DNA of 64,000 bases from Paramoeba atlantica (taxonomy: Eukaryota; Protista; Discosea), in contig CDRNVI010000026.1 of the NCBI GenBank assembly GCA_977017575.1, positions 558,001-622,000 of the forward strand, in the 5' to 3' direction. Below are positions 52,301-62,039 of this stretch, piece after piece. The first letter of the stretch is position 1, and every line of letters begins with the position of its first letter. The notes beneath the pieces are model-generated. The model made no database searches. It was not told the DNA's origin and saw only the letters and a list, made by a program, of their open reading frames with translations. The translations under genes were made by a program, and so were the position numbers.

Positions 52301-54830
52301 AAAAGGTCTTCAAAAAAACAAAGGTCTTCAAAAAAACAAAGGTCTTCAAAAAAACAAAAGGTCTTCAAAAAAAGAAAGGTCTTCAAAAAAACAAAGGTCT
52401 TCAAAAAAACAAAGGTCTTCAAAAAAACAAAGGTCTTCAAAAAAACAAAGGTCTTCAAAAAAACAAAGGTCTTCAAAAAAACAAAAGGTCTTCAAAAAAA
52501 GAAAGGTCTTCAAAAAAACAAAGGTCTTCAAAAAAACAAAGGTCTTCGAAAAAACAAAGGTCTTCAAAAAAACAAAAGTCTTTAAAAAAACAAAGTCTTC
52601 AAAAAATCAAAGGTCTTCAAAAAAACAAAGGTCTTCAAAAAAACAAAGGTCTTCAAAAAAACAAAGGTCTTCAAAAAAACAAAGGTCCTCAAAAAAACAA
52701 AGGTCTTCAAAAAAAACAAAGGTCATCAAAAAAACAAAGGTCTTCAAAAAAACAAAGGTCTTCAAAAAAAAAAAGGTCTTCAAAAAAACAAAGGTCTTCA
52801 AAAAAACAAAGGTCTTCAAAAAAACAAAGGTCTTCAAAAACAAAGGTCTTCAAAAAAACAAAGGTCTTCAAAAAAACAAAGGTCTTCAAAAAAACAAAGG
52901 TCTTCAAAAAAACAAAGGTCTTCAAAAAAACAAAGGTCTTCAAAAAAACATAGGTCTTCAAAAAAACAAAGGTCTTCAAAAAAACAAAGGTCTTCAAAAA
53001 AACAAAGGTCTTCAAAAAAACAAAGGTCTTCAAAAACAAAGGTCTTCAAAAAAACAAAGGTCTTCAAAAAAACAAAGGTCTTCAAAAAAAGAAAGGTCTT
53101 CAAAAAAAACAAAGGTCTTCAAAAACAAACGTCTTCAAAAAAACAAAGGTCTTCAAAAAGTCAAAAGGTCTTCAAAAAAAAAGGTCTTCAAAAAAACAAA
53201 GGTCTTCAAAAAAACAAAGGTCTTCAAAAAAACAAAAGGTCTTCAAAAAAAGAAAGGTCTTCAAAAAAACAAAGGTCTTCAAAAAAACAAAGGTCTTCAA
53301 AAAAACAAAAGTCTTCAAAAAAACAAAGGTCTTCAAAAAAACAAAGGTCTTCAAAAAAACAAAGGTCTTCAAAAAAAAAAAGGTCTTCAAAAAAACAAAA
53401 GGTCTTCAAAAAAAGAAAGGTCTTCAAAAAAACAAAGGTCTTCAAAAAAACAAAGGTCTTCGAAAAAACAAAGGTCTTCAAAAAAACAAAGGTCTTCAAA
53501 AAAACAAAGGTCTTCAAAAAAACAAAGGTCTTCAAAAAAACAAAGGTCTTCAAAAAAACAAAGGTCTTCAAAAAAACAAAAGGTCTTCAAAAAAAGAAAG
53601 GTCTTCAAAAAAACAAAGGTCTTCAAAAAAACAAAGGTCTTCGAAAAAACAAAGGTCTTCAAAAAAACAAAAGTCTTTAGAAAAACAAAGTCTTCAAAAA
53701 ATCAAAGGTCTTCAAAAAAACAAAGGTCTTCAAAAAAACAAAGGTCTTCAAAAAAACAAAGGTCTTCAAAAAAACAAAGGTCTTCAAAAAAACAAAGGTC
53801 TTCAAAAAAAACAAAGGTGATCAAAAAAACAAAGGTCTTCAAAAAAACAAAGGTCTTCAAAAAAAAAAAGGTCTTCAAAAAAACAAAGGTCTTCAAAAAA
53901 ACAAAGGTCTTCAAAAAAACAAAGGTCTTCAAAAACAAAGGTCTTCAAAAAAACAAAGGTCTTCAAAAAAACAAAGGTCTTCAAAAAAACAAAGGTCTTC
54001 AAAAAAACAAAGGTCTTCAAAAAAACAAAGGTCTTCAAAAAAACATAGGTCTTCAAAAAAACAAAGGTCTTCAAAAAAACAAAGGTCTTCAAAAAAACAA
54101 AGGTCTTCAAAAAAACAAAGGTCTTCAAAAACAAAGGTCTTCAAAAAAACAAAGGTCTTCAAAAAAACAAAGGTCTTCAAAAAAAGAAAGGTCTTCAAAA
54201 AAAACAAAGGTCTTCAAAAACAAACGTCTTCAAAAAAACAAAGGTCTTCAAAAAGTCAAAAGGTCTTCAAAAAAAAAGGTCTTCAAAAAAACAAAGGTCT
54301 TCAAAAAAACAAAGGTCTTCAAAAAAACAAAAGGTCTTCAAAAAAAGAAAGGTCTTCAAAAAAACAAAGGTCTTCAAAAAAACAAAGGTCTTCGAAAAAA
54401 CAAAGGTCTTCAAAAAAACAAAGGTCTTCAAAAAAACAAAGGTCTTCAAAAAAACAAAGGTCTTCAAAAAAACAAAGGTCTTCAAAAAAACATAGGTCTT
54501 CAAAAAAACAAAGGTCATCAAAAAAACAAAGGTCTTCAAAAAAACAAAGGTCTTCAAAAAAAAAAAGGTCTTCAAAAAAACAAAGGTCTTCAAAAAAAAA
54601 AAGGTCTTCAAAAAAAACAAAGGTCTTCAAAAAAACAAAAGTCTTCAAAAAAACAAAGTCTTCAAAAAATCAAAGGTCTTCAAAAAAACAAAGGTCTTCA
54701 AAAAAACAAAGGTCTTCAAAAAAACAAAGGTCTTCAAAAAAACAAAGGTCTTCAAAAAAACAAAGGTCTTCAAAAAAACAAAGGTCTTCAAAAAAACAAA
54801 GGTCTTCAAAAAAACAAAGGTCTTCAAAAA
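43400..54830 (+). repeat. Large tandem duplication, period about 5.63-5.65 kb (2 copies)
   Basis: Offset 5647: AAAGAAAG 45449/51096, TTCT 45536/51183, AATAAA 45812/51459, ORF pairs 44009/49656 and 46053/51700. Offset 5629: TTTAG 48049/53678, GGTGATC 48187/53816, ORF pair 48638/54267. Confidence 0.9.
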
Positions 54831-57800
54831 AACATAGGTCTTCAAAAAAACAAAGGTCATCAAAAAAACAAAGGTCTTCAAAAAAACAAAGGTCTTCAAA
54901 AAAAAAAAGGTCTTCAAAAAAACAAAGGTCTTCAAAAAAACAAAGGTCTTCAAAAAAACAAAGGTCTTCAAAAAAACAAAGGTCTTCAAAAAAACAAAGG
55001 TCTTCAAAAAAACAAAGGTCTTCAAAAAAACAAAGGTCTTCAAAAACAAAGGTCTTCAAAAAAACAAAGGTCTTCAAAAAAACAAAGGTCTTCAAAAAAA
55101 GAAAGGTCTTCAAAAAAAACAAAGGTCTTCAAAAACAAAGGTCTTCAAAAAAACAAAGGTCTTCAAAAAGTCACAAGGTCTTCAAAAAAAAAGGTCTTCA
55201 AAAAAACAAAGGTCTTCAAAAAAACAAAGGTCTTCAAAAAAACAAAAGGTCTTCAAAAAAAGAAAGGTCTTCAAAAAAACAAAGGTCTTCAAAAAAACAA
55301 AGGTCTTCGAAAAAACAAAGGTCTTCAAAAAAACAAAGGTCTTCAAAAAAACAAAGGTCTTCAAAAAAACAAAGGTCTTCAAAAAAACAAAGGTCTTCAA
55401 AAAAACAAAGGTCTTCAAAAACAAAGGTCTTCAAAAAAACAAAGGTCTTCAAAAAAACCAAGGTCTTCAAAAAAAGAAAGGTCTTCAAAAAAAACAAAGG
55501 TCTTCAAAAACAAACGTCTTCAAAAAAACAAAGGTCTTCAAAAAGTCAAAAGGTCTTCAAAAAAAAAGGTCTTCAAAAAAACAAAGGTCTTCAAAAAAAC
55601 AAAGGTCTTCAAAAAAACAAAAGGTCTCCAAAAAAAGAAAGGTCTTCAAAAAAACAAAGGTCTTCAAAAAAACAAAGGTCTGCAAAAAAACAAAGGTCTT
55701 CAAAAACAAAGGTCTTCAAAAAAACAAAGGTCTTCAAAAAAACAAAGGTCTTCAAAAAAAGAAAGGTCTTCAAAAAAAACAAAGGTCTTCAAAAACAAAC
55801 GTCTTCAAAAAAACAAAGGTCTTCAAAAAGTCAAAAGGTCTTCAAAAAAAAAGGTCTTCAAAAAAACAAAGGTCTTCAAAAAAACAAAGGTCTTCAAAAA
55901 AACAAAAGGTCTTCAAAAAAAGAAAGGTCTTCAAAAAAACAAAGGTCTTCAAAAAAACAAAGGTCTTCAAAAAAACAAAAGGTCTTCAAAAAAAGAAAGG
56001 TCTTCAAAAAAACAAAGGTCTTCAAAAAAACAAAGGTCTTCGAAAAAACAAAGGTCTTCAAAAAAACAAAGGTCTTCAAAAAAACAAAGGTCTTCAAAAA
56101 AACAAAGGTCTTCAAAAAAACAAAGGTCTTCGAAAAAACAAAGGTCTTCAAAAAAACAAAGGTCTTCAAAAAAAAAAAGGTCTTCAAAAAAAACAAAGGT
56201 CTTCAAAAAAACAAAAGTCTTCAAAAAAACAAAGTCTTCAAAAAATCAAAGGTCTTCAAAAAAACAAAAGGTCTTCAAAAAAAGAAAGGTCTTCAAAAAA
56301 ACAAAGGTCTTCAAAAAAACAAAGGTCTTCGAAAAAACAAAGGTCTTCAAAAAAACAAAGGTCTTCAAAAAAACAAAGGTCTTCAAAAAAACAAAGGTCT
56401 TCGAAAAAACAAAGGTCTTCAAAAAAACAAAGGTCTTCAAAAAAAAAAAAGGTCTTCAAAAAAAACAAAGGTCTTCAAAAAAACAAAAGTCTTTAAAAAA
56501 ACAAAGTCTTCAAAAAATCAAAGGTCTTCAAAAAAACAAAGGTCTTCAAAAAAACAAAGGTCTTCAAAAAAACAAAGGTCTTCAAAAAAACAAAGGTCTT
56601 CAAAAAAACATAGGTCTTCAAAAAAACAAAGGTCTTCAAAAAAACAAAGGTCTTCAAAAAAAAAAAGGTCTTCAAAAAAAAAAAGGTCTTCAAAAAAAAC
56701 AAAGGTCTTCAAAAAGTCAAAAGGTCTTCAAAAAAAAAGGTCTTCAAAAAAACAAAGGTCTTCAAAAAAACAAAGGTCTTCAAAAAAACAAAAGGTCTTC
56801 AAAAAAAGAAAGGTCTTCAAAAAAACAAAGGTCTTCAAAAAAACAAAGGTCTTCAAAAAAAAAAAGGTCTTCAAAAAAAACAAAGGTCTTCAAAAAAACA
56901 AAGGTCTTCAAAAAAACAAAGGTCTTCAAAAAAACAAAGGTCTTCAAAAAAACAAAGGTCTTCAAAAACAAAGGTCTTCAAAAAAACAAAGGTCTTCAAA
57001 AAAACAAAGGTCTTCAAAAAAAGAAAGGTCTTCAAAAAAAACAAAGGTCTTCAAAAACAAAGGTCTTCAAAAAAACAAAGGTCTTCAAAAAGTCAAAAGG
57101 TCTTCAAAAAAAAAGGTCTTCAAAAAAACAAAGGTCTTCAAAAAAACAAAGGTCTTCAAAAAAACAAAAGGTCTTCAAAAAAAGAAAGGTCTTCAAAAAA
57201 ACCAAGGTCTTCAAAAAAACAAAGGTCTTCGAAAAAACAAAGGTCTTCAAAAAAACAAAGGTCTTCAAAAAAACAAAGGTCTTCAAAAAAACAAAGGTCT
57301 TCAAAAAAACATAGGTCTTCAAAAAAACAAAGGTCTTCAAAAAAACAAAGGTCTTCAAAAAAACAAAGGTCTTCAAAAAAACAAAAGGTCTTCAAAAAAA
57401 GAAAGGTCTTCAAAAAAAGAAAGGTCTTCAAAAAAACAAAGGTCTTCGAAAAAACAAAGGTCTTCAAAAAAACAAAGGTCTTCAAAAAAAAAAAGGTCTT
57501 CAAAAAAAACAAAAGTCTTCAAAAAAACAAAAGTCTTCAAAAAAACAAAGTCTTCAAAAAATCAAAGGTCTTCAAAAAAACAAAGGTCTTCAAAAAAACA
57601 AAGGTCTTCAAAAAAAACAAAGGTCTTCAAAAACAAAGGTCTTCAAAAAAACAAAGGTCTTCAAAAAGTCAAAAGGTCTTCAAAAAAAAAGGTCTTCAAA
57701 AAAACAAAGGTCTTCAAAAAAACAAAGGTCTTCAAAAAAACAAAAGGTCTTCAAAAAAAGAAAGGTCTTCAAAAAAACAAAGGTCTTCAAAAAAACAAAG

Positions 57801-60029
57801 GTCTTCGAAAAAACAAAGGTCTTCAAAAAAACAAAGGTCTTCAAAAAAACAAAGGTCTTCAAAAAAACATAGGTCTTCAAAAAAACAAAGGTCTTCAAAA
57901 AAACAAAGGTCTTCAAAAAAACAAAAGGTCTTCAAAAAAAGAAAGGTCTTCAAAAAAACAAAGGTCTTCAAAAAAACAAAGGTCTTCGAAAAAACAAAGG
58001 TCTTCAAAAAAACAAAAGTCTTTAAAAAAACAAAGTCTTCAAAAAATCAAAGGTCTTCAAAAAAACAAAGGTCTTCAAAAAAACAAAGGTCTTCAAAAAA
58101 ACAAAGGTCTTCAAAAAAACAAAGGTCCTCAAAAAAACAAAGGTCTTCAAAAAAAACAAAGGTCATCAAAAAAACAAAGGTCTTCAAAAAAACAAAGGTC
58201 TTCAAAAAAAAAAAGGTCTTCAAAAAAACAAAGGTCTTCAAAAAAACAAAGGTCTTCAAAAAAACAAAGGTCTTCAAAAACAAAGGTCTTCAAAAAAACA
58301 AAGGTCTTCAAAAAAACAAAGGTCTTCAAAAAAACAAAGGTCTTCAAAAAAACAAAGGTCTTCAAAAAAACAAAGGTCTTCAAAAAAACATAGGTCTTCA
58401 AAAAAACAAAGGTCTTCAAAAAAACAAAAGTCTTCAAAAAAACAAAGGTCTTCAAAAAAACAAAGGTCTTCAAAAACAAAGGTCTTCAAAAAAACAAAGG
58501 TCTTCAAAAAAACAAAGGTCTTCAAAAAAAGAAAGGTCTTCAAAAAAAACAAAGGTCTTCAAAAACAAACGTCTTCAAAAAAACAAAGGTCTTCAAAAAG
58601 TCAAAAGGTCTTCAAAAAAAAGGTCTTCAAAAAAACAAAGGTCTTCAAAAAAACAAAGGTCTTCAAAAAAACAAAAGCTCTTCAAAAAAAGAAAGGTCTT
58701 CAAAAAAACAAAGGTCTTCAAAAAAACAAAGGTCTTCAAAAAAACAAAAGTCTTCAAAAAAACAAAGGTCTTCAAAAAAACAAAGGTCTTCAAAAAAACA
58801 AAGGTCTTCAAAAAAAAAAGGTCTTCAAAAAAAACAAAGGTCTTCAAAAAAACAAAAGTCTTCAAAAAAACAAAGGTCTTCGAAAAAACAAAGGTCTTCA
58901 AAAAAACAAAAGTCTTTAGAAAAACAAAGTCTTCAAAAAATCAAAGGTCTTCAAAAAAACAAAGGTCTTCAAAAAAACAAAGGTCTTCAAAAAAACAAAG
59001 GTCTTCAAAAAAACAAAGGTCTTCAAAAAAACAAAGGTCTTCAAAAAAAACAAAGGTGATCAAAAAAACAAAGGTCTTCAAAAAAACAAAGGTCTTCAAA
59101 AAAAAAAAGGTCTTCAAAAAAACAAAGGTCTTCAAAAAAACAAAGGTCTTCAAAAAAACAAAGGTCTTCAAAAACAAAGGTCTTCAAAAAAACAAAGGTC
59201 TTCAAAAAAACAAAGGTCTTCAAAAAAACAAAGGTCTTCAAAAAAACAAAGGTCTTCAAAAAAACAAAGGTCTTCAAAAAAACATAGGTCTTCAAAAAAA
59301 CAAAGGTCTTCAAAAAAACAAAGGTCTTCAAAAAAACAAAGGTCTTCAAAAAAACAAAGGTCTTCAAAAACAAAGGTCTTCAAAAAAACAAAGGTCTTCA
59401 AAAAAACAAAGGTCTTCAAAAAAAGAAAGGTCTTCAAAAAAAACAAAGGTCTTCAAAAACAAACGTCTTCAAAAAAACAAAGGTCTTCAAAAAAACAAAG
59501 GTCTTCAAAAACAAAGGTCTTCAAAAAAACAAAGGTCTTCAAAAAAACAAAGGTCTTCAAAAAAAGAAAGGTCTTCAAAAAAAACAAAGGTCTTCAAAAA
59601 CAAAGGTCTTCAAAAAAACAAAGGTCTTCAAAAAGTCAAAAGGTCTTCAAAAAAAAAGGTCTTCAAAAAAACAAAGGTCTTCAAAAAAACAAAGGTCTTC
59701 AAAAAAACAAAAGGTCTTCAAAAAAAGAAAGGTCTTCAAAAAAACAAAGGTCTTCAAAAAAACAAAGGTCTTCAAAAAAACAAAGGTCTTCAAAAAAACA
59801 TAGGTCTTCAAAAAAACAAAGGTCTTCAAAAAAACAAAGGTCTTCAAAAAAAAAAAGGTCTTCAAAAAAAAAAAGGTCTTCAAAAAAAAAAAGGTCTTCA
59901 AAAAAAACAAAGGTCTTCAAAAAAACAAAAGTCTTCAAAAAAACAAAGTCTTCAAAAAATCAAAGGTCTTCAAAAAAACAAAGGTCTTCAAAAAAACAAA
60001 GGTCTTCAAAAAAACAAAGGTCTTCAAAA

Positions 60030-61800
60030 AAACAAAGGTCTTCAAAAAAAAACAAAGGTCTTCAAAAAAACAAAGGTCTTCAAAAAAACAAAGGTCTTCA
60101 AAAAAACAAAGGTCTTCAAAAAAACAAAGGTCTTCAAAAAAACAAAGGTCTTCAAAAAAACAAAGGTCTTCAAAAACAAAGGTCTTCAAAAAAACAAAGG
60201 TCTTCAAAAAAACAAAGGTCTTCAAAAAAAGAAAGGTCTTCAAAAAAAACAAAGGTCTTCAAAAAAAAGGTCTTCAAAAAAACAAAGGTCTTCAAAAAAA
60301 CAAAGGTCTTCAAAAAAACAAAGGTCTTCAAAAAAACAAAGGTCTTCAAAAAAACAAAGGTCTTCAAAAAAACAAAAGGTCTTCAAAAAAAGAAAGGTCT
60401 TCAAAAAAACAAAGGTCTTCAAAAAAGCAAAGGTCTTCGAAAAAACAAAGGTCTTCAAAAAAACAAAGGTCTTCAAAAAAACAAAGGTCTTCAAAAAAAC
60501 AAAGGTCTTCAAAAAAACATAGGTCTTCAAAAAAACAAAGGTCTTCAAAAAAACAAAGGTCTTCAAAAAAACAAAAGTCTTCAAAAAAACAAAGGTCTTC
60601 AAAAAAACAAAGGTCTTCAAAAAAAAAAAGGTCTTCAAAAAAAACAAAGGTCTTCAAAAAAACAAAAGTCTTCAAAAAAACAAAGTCTTCAAAAAATCAA
60701 AGGTCTTCAAAAAAACAAAGGTCTTCAAAAAAACAAAGGTCTTCAAAAAAACAAAGGTCTTCAAAAAAACAAAGGTCTTCAAAAAAACAAAGGTCTTCAA
60801 AAAAACAAAGGTCTTCAAAAAAAGAAAGGTCTTCAAAAAAAACAAAGGTCTTCAAAAAAAAGGTCTTCAAAAAAACAAAGGTCTTCAAAAAAACAAAGGT
60901 CTTCAAAAAAAAACAAAGGTCTTCAAAAAAACAAAGGTCTTCAAAAAAAAACAAAGGTCTTCAAAAAAACAAAGGTCTTCAAAAAAACAAAGGTCTTCAA
61001 AAAAACAAAGGTCTTCAAAAAAACAAAGGTCTTCAAAAAAACAAAGGTCTTCAAAAAAACAAAGGTCTTCAAAAACAAAGGTCTTCAAAAAAACAAAGGT
61101 CTTCAAAAAAACAAAGGTCTTCAAAAAAAGAAAGGTCTTCAAAAAAAACAAAGGTCTTCAAAAAAAAGGTCTTCAAAAAAACAAAGGTCTTCAAAAAAAC
61201 AAAGGTCTTCAAAAAAACAAAGGTCTTCAAAAAAACAAAGGTCTTCAAAAAAACAAAGGTCTTCAAAAAAACAAAAGGTCTTCAAAAAAAGAAAGGTCTT
61301 CAAAAAAACAAAGGTCTTCAAAAAAGCAAAGGTCTTCGAAAAAACAAAGGTCTTCAAAAAAACAAAGGTCTTCAAAAAAACAAAGGTCTTCAAAAAAACA
61401 AAGGTCTTCAAAAAAACATAGGTCTTCAAAAAAACAAAGGTCTTCAAAAAAACAAAGGTCTTCAAAAAAACAAAAGTCTTCAAAAAAACAAAGGTCTTCA
61501 AAAAAACAAAGGTCTTCAAAAAAAAAAAGGTCTTCAAAAAAAACAAAGGTCTTCAAAAAAACAAAAGTCTTCAAAAAAACAAAGTCTTCAAAAAATCAAA
61601 GGTCTTCAAAAAAACAAAGGTCTTCAAAAAAACAAAAGTCTTCAAAAAAACAAAGGTCTTCAAAAAAACAAAGGTCTTCAAAAAAACAAAGGTCTTCAAA
61701 AAAACAAAGGTCTTCAAAAAAAGAAAGGTCTTCAAAAAAAACAAAGGTCTTCAAAAAAAAGGTCTTCAAAAAAACAAAGGTCTTCAAAAAAACAAAGGTC
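60030..61800 (+). repeat. Tandem duplication, offset 899 bp
   Basis: A9C 60044/60943, 15-bp monomer 60261/61160 and 60854/61753, GCAAAGG 60427/61326. Confidence 0.88.
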
Positions 61801-62039
61801 TTCAAAAAAACAAAAGGTCTTCAAAAAAACAAAGGTCTTCAAAAAAACAAAGGTCTTCAAAAAAACAAAGGTCTTCAAAAAAACAAAGGTCTTCAAAAAC
61901 AAAGGTCTTCAAAAAAACAAAGGTCTTCAAAAAAACAAAGGTCTTCAAAAAAAGAAAGGTCTTCAAAAAAAACAAAGGTCTTCAAAAAAAAGGTCTTCAA
62001 AAAAACAAAGGTCTTCAAAAAAACAAAGGTCTTCAAAAA

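Noticed and set aside
3343-60522. Long + strand ORFs (3343, 4956, 25210, 48188, 53817, 59056; 256-1328 aa) as genes for basic, protamine-like or histone-like proteins
   Set aside because: They are open only because the repeat lacks stop codons. The peptide switches frame at every indel monomer, and the starts are chance ATG or GTG variants (GAATGG, GGTGATC). There is no unique domain, no codon variation and no synonymous bias.
9243-61326. GCAAAGG variant as a second marker shared by the outer domains (9243, 10211, 60427, 61326)
   Set aside because: It also occurs centrally at 22599 and the neighbouring monomers differ between the left and right copies, so recurrent mutation is more likely.
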